Below are positions 37,505 through 50,262 of a stretch of 64,000 bases of DNA, one piece after another. The translations under genes were made by a program, and so were the position numbers. The stretch is taken from assembly GCA_043228905.1 (NCBI GenBank), contig JBHGNT010000003.1, positions 23,064,001 to 23,128,000 on the forward strand. Direction: 5' to 3'. The notes under the pieces were generated by a model. The model ran no database searches. It worked only from the letters and a program-made list of their open reading frames with translations, and was not told where the DNA came from. This DNA is from Azolla caroliniana (Eukaryota > Plantae > Polypodiophyta). Every line of letters starts with the position of its first letter. Within the stretch, counting starts at the first letter, position 1.

Positions 37505-38434
37505 ACCTAAGACACAAATTGGCCGATGAGACAATTGGTTTACAATAAGAAAGGGTTGTTTACCTGACCATTGAAAATAAAAATAAACCAAAATAGAACT
37601 TAAGCTAAAAGAGTTCTAGTATTGTACAAAACATGCTATCATGTAACATATTCTAGAAAGGAAATGACTTTATACTAGGTTTAGTTTCATTTCCATCCTA
37701 GTCGTCAAAGGGTTTCGATGTGGGTGTGCCGCTTGGTACCTCAACCATAGCTTCTAGGCGGTGTACCTCACGTTCCCTTAGCTTTTGGATTGCATCTACA
37801 CCATGTCAAGTTGCTTTGAAAACCCCACCTCTGAGGGCATTTGGTTCTTCTTTCGTTTTTTGCTTTAGCATGGGAGAGGCCGAGTGGCGTAGCTATTGCC
37901 ACATTGATCCTCTCCCCCTATCCTTGAAAACATTTACTTGTTATATGTTGGTGATATTAGAAAGGTTATTGTTAACATTTTGTAGCTTATTCTCTCGATG
38001 TTGTCTTAGCTCTATGATATATCTACATAATTTCTTTGTATTTGCAGTATCTAATAGTTTGGAGAGGGTGGGAGAGGGGCCGAGTATGTCGTAGTATTTG
38101 TCCTTTATCTCGGTGTAAGTTGGACACTTGCATGTAAAGTGATAGTCATCCTCTATCTCCATGCGACAAAATCTACATATCCTTTCCTCTATTGGGAGTC
38201 CATTAGTATGACCATTTTCAATCTCAAGTTGGTGACATGATATTCTAGGTTGTCCAATGGCAACCTTTAGTGCATTTGGTAAGAATGTCTCAAGTTGGTG
38301 AGATGATATTCTAAGTTGTCCAATGGCAACCTTTAGTGCATTTTGGTTGTGTAATAAAACCTAACTTAGAGAACTGCATGAAGTGTTCCTTATAGTACAA
38401 CATATTACTTCTTGGCGAATTACTTTATTACGGT
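37505..38434 (-). mobile_element. RTEX-like LINE 3' fragment
   Basis: EDDYHFTCKCPTYTEI..LGPSPTL and the conserved 3' tail. Confidence 0.85.
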
Positions 38435-40831
38435 GTTCTGATGTGGCGTGTCCAATATGACAAAATGTGAAAATGTGAGGTCACACACACATTCACAACA
38501 TAGTATAAATATGAAAAAGTGAGGTTGCATTCAAAATTGCCCTATGTGTTAGTAACATCGGGCTACGTAGAGTACAACAACGTCTTCTTATGGGGATTTT
38601 ACGGTCCATTGTAAAGATGTTCCAAGCATGAAAGGCGCAACTAGAAGACATGTTATTGGCTGGATGAAAAATTACTTCAAGGTAAATTGTGTCATAATGT
38701 CTACTACCGTTAGGATGCACCACTTTGATAATTACACACGTTAGAAAGTATATGATGTCCATAGATCAGAAATGTTGATATCAAGTGATAAATGCGTTAC
38801 ATACAATCAGTTCACAAGATTGTGGACAATATGGTTTACAAACGTTATTATTCCGTGGAAAGTAAGAATGGGGTATTGTTTAGTTTGTGCAAACTTTAAA
38901 AGCATGGCTAAAGGTGCGAAGGCAACAAAGGAAAAGGATATGAGTAAGAAATTATTAAAGGAGCATTGTGAAGCACAATCTTTAAAGGCAATGCGTCGCA
39001 GAGATAAGTCTTTGAAGAGTTCCGAATAAAACATGTGCTTAATGATCGATGGCATGGACCAGAAGAAGTCGTGTTTACCTCACATGCGGGGCTTCCCAAA
39101 GACATCAATGATGAGTGCCTTGTTCAAATGCACTTGGTGGGATGCTTGGCTTATAATGGGTCATTTGAGGTTTTCATTACTTACCCGAATGGCCACAATG
39201 ACCCAAACCTAACTGTTACAGTGATTCAAAGGGTTTTGATGTCTCTGGGCCAATCGTTCCTACCTGTTCTCTACATTCAGTTGGACAATACCGCAAGAGA
39301 CAACACAAATTCAACTATCTCCGGATATTTGAGTATGTTGGTGAACCAAGGATTATTTAGAAAAGTGAAGGTCAATTTTCTTTTGGTTGGCTGCACACAT
39401 GATCATATAGATTAGATGTTTAGCACATTCTCTATACAATTGTCTCGATATGATGTTTTCACATTACCAAAACTATTTGATGTTATTTTTCATGCATACA
39501 CACCACAACCAAAAGTGTTACACTTGAAGGAGATATATGACTTTAAGAGATATATATCAGATCGGGGGAACGGAAAGGCTAAAATGTTGGCCCAGTTAAA
39601 CAATATAAGCTTCAATCACATTTTCTTAATAAAGAAAAATGATACAAGTGGTTCTATGCTTTTGTACACAAAGCAATATTAATCTTCGACAAAATGGGAA
39701 CCTGAAGGTGGTTGTCAGTTCTTACTTTGTATGCCTTCTACAACAGTTTGTGGAGGAAAACAAATGCCAATTGAGACCAAAGGACAATTTCATATTTAGT
39801 TGGTAGAAGAACAAAAGTACTTATGGCTCCAAGCCTTAATGGAAAAAAAGGAAGCGAATTGAGGCAGCAAAGAAATATGCCGCACCACAAGACACGTCAT
39901 GGTGGGATGTTTTTTTAAGTTGATCAAATAGGAATTATTGATAAGTATGTATCTGATGATAATTGGAGTTTGGAAATGCCATTCACATGGTCTCTACAAC
40001 ACGATTGTGTAAATAAATCTCCACATCATGCAACTAATGTGATTAATGACAATTTGGTCCATTCACAACAAAGAGACATTTATGTGGGACCAAGGATGAT
40101 CAAAGTAGATGAAGCTAGGTGGCAAGTCAACTTGCAAGTGATCGTGGCTGGGATGTTGATTGTTATACCTGTTGATTACAATGAACTAGGCCACCAATTT
40201 TGGATCGTTAAAATTCTAGACGTGGTGATGCATGAAATAGAAAACACATATAAAAGTGCATTGGTACAATGCTAGAAGCAAAAGGGCTTTTACAGGGAAG
40301 TATACACTAGAGATGATGGAATGCCTGACACCAAGACGAAATAGGAAGAGGAAGCCAAATATTCGTAACACCTCAACTCTTTACATCTCTTATGTGGATA
40401 TCGTCGTGTATGACTTCACGCTTACAAAAGCTGGATGTTTACGGAAGTGAACAATTGATATAATAAAAGGAAATTTACTCGCTCTAGAAGGTGGCTTGAG
40501 TTGAAGGCAAATGAGATCTGATGCACATAATCTAAAGTCACAACATTTGGTTTATGACAAAGACAATGTATTGAATGGTACATCCAAGGATGACGAGGAG
40601 GAATCCTCACTATATATTAGCTATAGTGATTGTCTGGAAAGGAGTGATCATGAATGTAGTTTTGGTTGTTAAGTGTAACTACCTTCCACTTGTAACAAAC
40701 TGAGTAATATAAAAGCGGGTATTTTACATTCTTTCTATTCTTATGAATATCATTTCTCAAAAAAAACATTGGTTATAAATTTCCTGATATAAATTGAGAA
40801 TGTAAGTTTTTGAAATTGCCCTCTATTTATG
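38435..40831 (+). mobile_element. Sola/DUF7869-like DDE DNA transposon remnant, copy 1
   Basis: IDGMDQKKSCLPH, LYIQLDNTARDNTN, FLLVGCTHDHID*MFS and CxxC (CLVC); frameshifted. Confidence 0.7.
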
Positions 40832-41189
40832 ATTCATTCTCAATTGGGTCGATCTGAACCTTCACGATCAGGTAATCCTACATTTGCTCCTTCCAAAAGT
40901 TGAAGTTCATGCCGTCAAACTTCCAAAGACTCATCTATGAGAAGCCGGATGTTGAAGCCATATTTATCAAGGATCAATTGGTTAGAAGTACTGTTCGATG
41001 TGACTCTGATAAAGGAAAAGGATACATCCGTCTGGTTTGCCTGAAATGAGATCTAGCCGGATTGAACACAGACTTAGTTGACCGATTTGAAATTCTGCTT
41101 GTTAACAAAGAAGCTCAACAATAGAAGGGGCTGAGGGAAGGCAACTGAATAAGTCCACAACGAGGGAGAGTAGGATAAGGTTGATAGGC
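40832..41189 (-). mobile_element. Copia gag 5' remnant
   Basis: Minus strand reads MASTSGFS*MSLWKFDGMNFNFWKEQM*DYLIVK. Confidence 0.6.
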
Positions 41190-42420
41190 CGTTAGAGTCT
41201 ACATTCTTAGTCTTAGTCTTTGGAATATTTTAGGGAGTTATATTTTAGGGAGTTAGTGTTGTAGGCTCTTTATGAACATTCAAGTACTGAAGGTACTTGT
41301 GTCAGCCCGTTGTCAAGGCTTGTTTAAAAGTGCACACTAAGGACACTTGTATATATAGAGCATAATATTATTTTGAATATGAGTTTTGTCTTCTCCTCTC
41401 TCTCAGTCTCCCGCTCTCCCTTACTGTATTTTTGCTTTTCTTTGTGTTTTACCTAACTGTGGTTGAGCCAACTGTGTTGTTCATAAGCTTGTGCATACGA
41501 AACTCGTTACATGGTATTAGAGCGAGAGGGTTGAATATGCTCTGCTGTAGTTAGAAAAGCTAGACAGGAGCAACTAGGTGTCTTGGTCATATAAGATGCA
41601 GGTGAAGCAAGAGTCTATGGAAAGAAGAGGAACCACAAGACCATGTGATCAGGCAAAGGAGTAGAAGCCAAGCAGCACGAGGGAATGAGACAAACCCTTA
41701 AAGTTCACAAGTGGAAGCAACATGTAATGGACATCCCAAGGCAAACAAGGTTACTTCCAGTGCGGAGGACCACTGTTAGCTCTAGAATGGCTAGCAAGCA
41801 AGAATGAGGTCGACTACAATTACCTCCAAAATGCCCCAAGCAAGAGGCAAGTTCCCGTCGAGTGGTGGGAGCTCCAGTGGAGTTTGATGAGCAAGAAGAC
41901 AAGCAATAGTGGGAGACCAAAGTCCAACTCCGGGCCTCTTTGGTGAAGGTGTGTACTATGAAGGTTGAAGAACTGGTCCTCAAAAAGAGGAAGAACTACA
42001 AAAGGCTTTGTTAAAAGAGCTCAAGATCGAGGTGGTAGAGCAAGAGACCAAGGTCGAGAGACTCCCTGGATGGACCACGAAGCTAAGGACCAAGAGAAAT
42101 TTGACGAAGGTTTGCCCAACCATGATGGGTGAGCAAGAGGCAAGAGAATGCCCTTGAAGGATTAACAAAAATTCGAGGACGCAAGGCCTAATGAAGGTGA
42201 GAAAACAAGAGATGAAGATGGAGGAGTTTCATTCCCAGATGATCTAATGCCTCTCGAGCATAGCAAAGCAGAGGGAAAAACCACAATTGATGGGACTCAA
42301 GCTCAATAGGACCTTGGTGAATGTGGTATCTCAACTATGTTCCAACTACGACACACTGACTTGGACTCACAAGGGAACCTGATCCGAGTCTTCAACGCGG
42401 AGTCGCCATACTCTCTCCCA
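41190..42420 (+). mobile_element. LTR (41190-41511) with PBS-Met (41512-41523) and a degenerate internal region
   Basis: ...gttaca is followed by tggtattagagc and a Copia-like gag start. The 3' boundary is approximate. Confidence 0.6.
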
Positions 42421-42983
42421 ACCCTTTGTTAACTGTTAACCCCAAGGACCATCTTTCGCTTTATATAATTTCATCTTGTTCCTGATTTCAGGATTCACTA
42501 GTGAGTGATGCTCTGGGTGTGGAGTGCTCTCTCTTCTCCCGTGCTAGGTTTTGGAGTCATCCCAGGTTGCTCGAAATCCAAGTTTTGGTTTAGTCCCAAT
42601 TTTGGGACGATTGTAATTTTGTTGTTTCCATTTCATATGTTCTTGTCTGATCTTGAAAAGAGGAGCGTGTGTGTGCGTTTGTGCGTGTGTCTAGTGTGTC
42701 TAGTGGTAGAATGGAGTCATTGGTGTAGGAAATCATGTATAATGTGAAGTATTTGAGCTAATTGTTTCCTATAGCAAACACCTATATTTATCTATACGTC
42801 AAATATATTTATGTGGAGATATTATCTTTTTACTTTTGAGAAAGTTGTATGTATTGAACACAAGTTTTTGTAAGGTAGTATTGTTTTGCACCTCCACTCC
42901 TAGTTTATGGGTTTTTATAGAACAATGACTAACAAGACATTGTCAAGGGAGCACAACGTTATGTAAATTACCATTTAAATTAC

Positions 42984-43156
42984 TTTCAGATACAAAGCAG
43001 AAGAGCAAAACGCTCTCATTATTTTCAGATACAAATCACAAGAACAAAACGATCTCATTGTTTTCAGATATAAATCACAAGAACAAATGGCTCTCATTAT
43101 TTTCAAATACAAAGCACAAGAGCAAGATGCTCTCATTATTTTTAAATACAAAGCAC
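42984..43156 (+). repeat. 39-bp tandem repeat, ~4.4 copies, downstream of the ROCO gene
   Basis: tttcagatacaaa(g/t)caca/gagarcaaaacgctctcattat units start at 42984, 43023, 43062, 43101 and 43140. Confidence 0.85.
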
Positions 43157-43406
43157 ATCACAAGCAAAACATAGATACAAAGTGCATCTCGAGCATAACG
43201 CTCTTCCTATTTTTGGATACAAGTGAGTTATATGCATGGATTGATCGAGGAATGATATCATTATATAAACGTTTACGATAGGATGATTTTTTCAATTAGT
43301 TGAAGCCAACAAACCAAAAAACCCATGGGGACACTACAGTCCAATATGTACATAATGCCTACTCACTCACATAACATAAGGAAAACAAGACAATATTGGG
43401 GCTACC

Positions 43407-46138
43407 TTACCCTACCGAGGACGCAGATTGGTGTTCTTTGTGGTGCTGGTCGCATAGCCATGCGACGTGATCACTCCCGTCTGCGTTCCTGATGTTGGCA
43501 CGCTTGAGGAGGAACTTCTGGGCTATGTTCTGCTCGGTCAGGCCTCCCTTGTCCCTCAATATGTCCGACAATAGCTCCTGCCAATCTTCGGAAGCCTCGA
43601 ATTGATGTTTATCCGTAATGGTGGGCAGCGAGGGATAGTTTTTCCCCACACTGAGCTGGGGAACCAAATTAGGCAGAAAACTGCCTGCAGAGGGAGCAAA
43701 GATGTTTATGCCAACCATAGCAGCTATGGTCAAGACATTGAGGACCACATTCACATAAGGAATGGCTTTCTGCAGTTCCTCTGACTGCCAGTCGATGATA
43801 ATGCCCGGCTGCTCTTCCACTCGGTGCGTACGTTCCCCGCCCAACTCACAGCCGAGCTCTATCCGCAGAGCCCCATAATGGTGCCCCAACAATGATGTCA
43901 CCAGCTTCCTTGTGTTGCCGACACCATCAGTGGTGAGGAAGACCATCCGCGGTAGGTGCTTCGACCCCAGCAATTCGTTCTCCACCGAGAATTTCAATAG
44001 CTTGTCGATATGCTTCGTTATCTTGCTCACAACTTCGCTCCTTAGATCAACGACTCCTTTGTGTATCTCAATTACCTTCCTGTTCATCTCATCCATCTTC
44101 TCATCCAGCCTGCTTATCCCTGCGTGAAGGGAGTCAAATTGTTGATATATATATTGTAGATAGCGCTTCCACTCAATAGTGATTGCCGTTGCCATTGCCT
44201 TGCTAGATTGTACCTCCACTCCATCTCCTGACATTTGATCCCCTAGCACCAGCATGCTGCCAGTTCTACAGTGCAGCATCTTTCTTGAATCCATCGATTT
44301 GAAGACATTCTCTGCGGCTTTATGTTGATGTTGACGTTCCCTCAATTCAGTAACTTTTTCCTCCCCCACTACTTCTGTACCTGATAGTTTATTGCTCGTA
44401 TCCCCCAACCAGTCTTGGTACAACATGACGATCTTCATGTAATTCTCATATCCAAGGAGTTCAATTAAAGAAGTCTCCTTGGAAACACTGTTATGCTTTG
44501 TTTGATTCCAAACATGATTGCACAACCTTGGTGTGCCATGCTCCAGATGATCTCTTAGCTGTCGTCTCAAACACTTCATTTCTACACATTGATCTTCTCT
44601 ATCTTGTGCCATTGATGGGTCATACAAAGTGTCCGGCCGTATAGCACTTTCAATCAACCTAACCCCTTGGATTCCGCTAGGTTGGGCACATACTTTAATC
44701 AGAGTGTTGATAACGTGCTCCACTGTGTAAGCTAAGGTCATGGACATGCCCTCTTGACTTTTGGTCGATGCTCGAGCTAATACATCGATCACATTATTTG
44801 CTTTTGCATTACAGAAAACCACGATGATCTCCACACATGGCTGGCAAATATGTATAAAATCTTTTCCAAGTTTTACATTAACATCACACTCTTGAAATGC
44901 ATTGTTAAAGAGGACCTGAATCCTTGGAAACAAACCTGGTGTAAGAAAGTTGAGGTCTTTGTTCTCACACTCTAGCCTTCTACCCATGTATGTATACTCA
45001 ACGTTATCATCGGTAAAGGATGCTAATTTCCATTCGAGTTGTTCCAAACCCACATATTCTTCGACATCTGACAATGTGGTTGGTATAAAGAGATGTTCCT
45101 CATCATGTGTTGACATGCCATGGTCAACATTAGAGACTTTGGAACATAGATGCAGTGCTTTCATCCAATCTACCAATACGGGCTCGTCTCCAGCTTGCAA
45201 GTTGGTAATGGATTCGAGCTTCTTCTTCAGGAAAGCACAAGAAGTGAATCCTTGGATTTTCAAGGTTCTCTTAGACGACGTACAGTCGGGAAAATAAATG
45301 AGACTTCCCATAATCTGACTACAGAACCAATTGGGATCGAGAACAATGTATTCAACATTGTTTGCATATATGATAGCTCCAGAGTCGTTTAAGGTCAAGG
45401 CGACTGTTTTTAGTTTGGCTTTATCCATGAGAATGGGATGCCGAGCTACGCAAACATCATGGAATGTTGACCAGGGAATGATTCGTTTATTTGACGTCTT
45501 CAGATGCTTCGATAGATCTTGGCTTACCTTTGTGCAAATGTCATACACCTGGATACCTTTGAGCATCTCCTTGGCTTCCTCGAAAATGCATTCTAGTACA
45601 GCTTTGACACGCTGATCACTCTTTCTCGCATCCACCTCAAATGTATTGCATATGTCAATGACCTCTTTAAATTCAGATCGGAATGAATTGATTGGGATTT
45701 TGAGAGCATCTGAGAGGAGCTCTATTTGATCAGCACGTGTTAATACGACGATCACTTTAAGGGTGACATTAGATTGGCGGCTTTTGGAGGCGAGGAACTT
45801 GAGCCAATACCTGAAGTTGTCTTCAAATTCCTTGATTCCTTTCATTTTACCCTTCCTGCTTTTCTCATCATGAATGGGACTCCACACAAACATGAACAGG
45901 GAGGGAGCTTGATAAGAGGTTGTTCCTACCTCTGGAAACATGCAATCATGGAATGCGTGGAATTCCTGTTGGCCGGCCATGTCCCACAGAGACAATCGGA
46001 TCCCGTCTTTTCTGATGGCCCGAACTTCAATTCCTCGTGTGCGATTGGGCTTGACATGTCCACAGGTTAGGAACGATTTCAGCTTATCTCTCTTTCGTGC
46101 ATGGACGGAATGCATGCTGGATAGGAGGGTGGTCTTCC
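43407..46138 (-). CDS. TRN1: TORNADO1-like ROCO protein, exon 2 (Roc GTPase, COR, coiled coil, TRN1-type C-terminus)
   Basis: GKTTLL, RTRGIEV, LSLWDMAGQQEFHAFHDCMFP, LRYW-like FRYWLKFL, VLTRAD, VLDPNWFC, TPGLFPRIQV, ALRIELGCE..HRVEEQPG, WLCDQH. Open for >900 codons. It is a paralogue and not necessarily the TRN1 orthologue. Confidence 0.88.
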
Positions 46139-46244
46139 CTGAAACAATAAAACAATGGAAGTTAGGTTACTATATAATAGCCAGAATTAAAGAGAGAGAG
46201 AGATTAGGTAAGGTAAGTCTAATGTATTTAGAGAAAGAAATTGC

Positions 46245-46976
46245 CTGCATATGGATCTCCGCATATGAACAGTGGAATGGATGTTGCGGTAACTTTCTCA
46301 AGGTCTCCCAACATGAATAGGCGCTGGTTCTTCAAGAGCTGGGCTTCCACTGCAGGATCCATGGAAGTAACGCCCACCATCGCTGCAACACCTCCACGCA
46401 TTCATCAGTCATGTGGCAGAGCTGCAGGGACAGATGGTGGAGCCCCATGCTTCTCTGGAGTGCTTTCAAAAGATCATAAATCTTGTCGCCATAGTTGGTG
46501 ATGAGCAGGCTCTTCGGGCCGGCCGCTTCATCACCGCCTGCAGCAGCAGCAGCCACACATAGAGCCGACTTCTCGTCTTCATTGAGGCCCAGATTCAGCA
46601 GGTGAACAGCTCCGCCACTGAATTTGGCGGCGTCTCGGAGGTACTCTACTCTTCGCCGCCTCGGACATCCCCCCGCTCCCAAATCCAGCATTATGTCTCT
46701 GCTCCCCCACTCCCATTCTCTCTCGGTCGTACCATAATCGAGTCGTATTATATACTCCACTTTCTTGCTTCCGATGAGGAAGAGGTTCTCTACCTTCCTT
46801 GCATCAATTAGATCAGAGAGCTGGTGACTAGACTTCCTCATACCATTCAGAGCTGTGCTAGATTTCTCACAAGCTTCCTGTAGGTAATTAGAGTTCCAAT
46901 GCTTGCTCATGTAATGGTGAGGTGGCGGAAGCTTGATCTGCTCCTCCTGGCATGTGTATTCTGAATGATTAGCCAT
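46245..46976 (-). CDS. TORNADO1-like gene exon 1 (N-terminus, few LRR-like repeats, frameshift at ~46380, P-loop start)
   Basis: ATG 46976 gives MANHSEY...LKALQRSMGLHHLSLQLCHMTDECVEVL. A second frame gives ...AQLLKNQR...LFICGDPYA-G, which joins GKTT across a 106-bp phase-1 intron at 46139-46244. Confidence 0.7.
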
Positions 46977-49324
46977 TTTTTCAAACTGCAGAAGAAAGGT
47001 CACCACGAGTTGGAATGATGAGCACTGGCGGATATACTTCGATATTGATATGTTATAGATGCAAAATAAGGTAAACTAATCAATCAGATTAGCTATGAAA
47101 ATAGATTAATTACATGGGAGTTAATGCATCATTTCTAATACACACACACACACACACATTGAAGGGGGGAGATTGAGCTCTGAAACACATAATTATTGAT
47201 AGAAAAGGGAGGGGGAGACTAAGTCTACACACACGCATTAACGTTGTGGTTTAATAGCCCTAACATGTAAAGCGAGAATTTGAAGCTTACAAAGAAGACT
47301 TTATATAGATATAGATTAATTACGCCATATATTATGTGAGTTTTATATAGGATGCCTTATGTCTTTTTCAACCTATGATAGACATACATACATACATACA
47401 GTCCCAAAGTCTTTGTATCTATCTTTTGATACTGCCCAGTTGAAGACCTTTTAATACTGATTGGACCTTTTGACTGTGATCGATTTGGACTTTTGCAATC
47501 ATTGGCAATGGTGTGGTCTAACCGGAATGCAGTCAATTATATTATAAGACCAATATGAGACTATTACTGTTATTATTATACCATATTTGTCGTCCACTCA
47601 TTGCCTCATCCATTACAGTGGTATGCGGTTTCTTCTAGAGTCAATGGCTGCCTATAATTCATCACAACTTGTAATCCAATGATGATGTGCTCTCTCTAAT
47701 ACCCTATTTTGTTGTACACCAATTGTCTCATGGGGCAAATTTGGCCTTCAGAAGATGTTAATATGTCTTTCTCTCTTTCTTCCTTCTAATGTTAATAATA
47801 TCCTGTTTCTGGATCGAATAATGAATGATATAAATGCAAAATAACGTAATGTAATCAATCGGATTAGCTGTGATTCGCTTTGACACTTCCTTAATCAATC
47901 CGGGCATCCATGTGGAAGACTAATGGAATAACTAGAGTGTGGCATTAATTTGTTATAATAAATTGTGACTGATGAGCTATATATAATTAGTGAAGGATCA
48001 AAACCATTACCATGTGGTTCAAAGCCCCCTAGTTTTCGACATCTATACATTTGCTCAAATTACATTAGGCTTAAAGAAGACAACTTCACGTTTTAAAAAA
48101 GGTTACCCCAAAGTAGAAAGTAAATAAAAATATTAAGTATATGAACCCCTATAACATTATCGAAACATGCTTTCTTTCTCTCGCACATTTATTGCCATTG
48201 TTAGACTTAACCATACCATACGCAATGATGGAGTCTAAACACTTTGATACCATGCTCTTATCGAAACATGCTTTCCGTGCATATTTATCGGCACTGTTAT
48301 ATCCCAAAAACACAGTTAGACTTAACATAGACAAGTACATGCGATGGAGATGAAACACGGGACAAAATGCTCTTATATTATATTAAAGCCACGTTTGGTA
48401 CACTTACGCAATGCCAACTAGCAAGGGGTTCCCTGTAGATCTTATTATCTGTCGCTCTGATATTCTTGCAGATGTAAGTGAGTTGTATAGTAAAAAATAC
48501 AAAATTAACTGTAAGTCAACTATATGATTTCATAACTCAAAGTCAACGCTCATTATTGGAGGAATCATAAATTCTCAAGCTCAATGTGTTTTTCCATGTT
48601 CACTTTTGAAACAAACCCCAAATGATTATAGAAAGTAAATAAGATATTAAGTATATGGACCCCTATAATATTATAGAAACATGCTTTCTAAATTCTCTCG
48701 CCATTGTTAGACATAATACACAACAACCATACACGATGGAGACTAAACACTTGACATAATGTTGTTACAGACACATGCTTTGTAAGTTCTCTTCCAAATT
48801 TATTGGCATTGTTAGACTTAATACACACAACCATACACGATGGAGACTAAGCACTTGACATAATGCTCTTATAGAAACAAGCTTCCTAAGTTCTCTTGCA
48901 CATTTATCATCATTGTTAGACTTAATACAGACAAGCATACACAATGGAGACCAGTAAACACTTGACATAATGCTCTTATAGAAACATGTTTTCGAAGTTC
49001 TCTTCCACATTTATCGCAATTGTTAGACTTTCCCAAAACACGGTTATACTTAACATAGACAAGCACATGCGATGGAGACTAAACATGGGACAAAATTCTC
49101 TTATATTAATTCAACGCAAGTGTGGTGCACTTAAGTGGTCCCAATTTGTAAGGGACCACAAACAGAGTCGGAACAATCCTGAGTAGCCCTAAGGAGTCAT
49201 AAGCAGAGTTGGGACAATCTTGAGAAAACCCAAACTATGCCTTATTTGAAAGTGGGAATGGGCCCCTTGATGAGTCCTAGACAGTTTGAAGACTATGTCC
49301 TGTTGGATCATATCAACAACACCT

Positions 49325-50262
49325 AAGACACAAATTGGCCCATGAGACAATTGGTTTAAAACAAGAAAGGGTTGTTTACCTAACCATTGAAAATAAATAT
49401 AAAATAAAATGGAACTTAAACTAAAAGAGTTCTAGTATTGTACAAAACATGGTATCATGTAACATATTCTAGAAAGGAAATGACTTTGTACTAGGTTTAG
49501 TTTCATTTCCATCCAAGTCGTCAAAGGGTTTCAATGTGGGTGTGCCGCTTGATACCTCAACCATAGCTTCTAGGCGGTGTACCTCACGTTCCCTTAGCTT
49601 TTGGATTGCATCTACACCATGTGAAGTTCCTTTGAAACCCCACCTCTGAGGGCATTTGGTTCTTCTTTCGTTTTTTGCTTTAGCATGGGAGAGGCCGAGT
49701 GGCGTAGCTATTGCAACATTGATCCTCTCCCCCTATCCTTGAAAACATTTACTTGTTACATGTTGGTGATATTAGAAAGGTTATTGTTAACATTTTGTAG
49801 CTTATTCTCTCGATGTTTTTTTAGCTCTACGATATATCTACCTAATTTCTTTGTATTTTTAGTATCTAATAGTTTGGAGAGGGTGGGAGAGGGGCCGAGT
49901 ATTTCATAGTATTTTTCCATTATCTCGGTGTAAGTTGGACACTTGCATGTAAAGTGATAGTCATCCTCTATATCCATGCGACAAAATCTACATATCCTTT
50001 CCTCTCTCGGGAGTCCATTACTATGATCATTTTCAACCTGAAGTTGGTGAGATGATATTCGAAGTTGTCCAATGGCAACCTTTAGTGCATTTGGTAAGAA
50101 TGTCTCTAGATATTTTGGTTGTGTAATAAAACCTAACTTAGAGAATTGCATGAAGTGTTCCTTATAGTACAACATATTACATGGGAACAGTTCTTGTGGG
50201 TTGATTCATTTATATCGAGTGTAAATTTGCCATACTTCTTGGCGTATTATTTTATTACGGTG
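49325..50262 (-). mobile_element. RTEX-like LINE 3' fragment (duplicated copy)
   Basis: LRISSHQLQVE..PREERICRFCRMDIEDDYHFTCKCP. Confidence 0.85.

Larger units (their letters stand above)
36641..40831 (+). repeat. Segmental duplication block A (copy at 48437-53046)
   Basis: Colinear high similarity, including the minisatellite, the LINE fragment and the Sola-like transposase. Offset is 11796 bp at the left end. Confidence 0.9.

Noticed and set aside
43602-46501. Plus-strand ORFs over the ROCO gene
   Set aside because: They are antisense shadows of the real minus-strand CDS.
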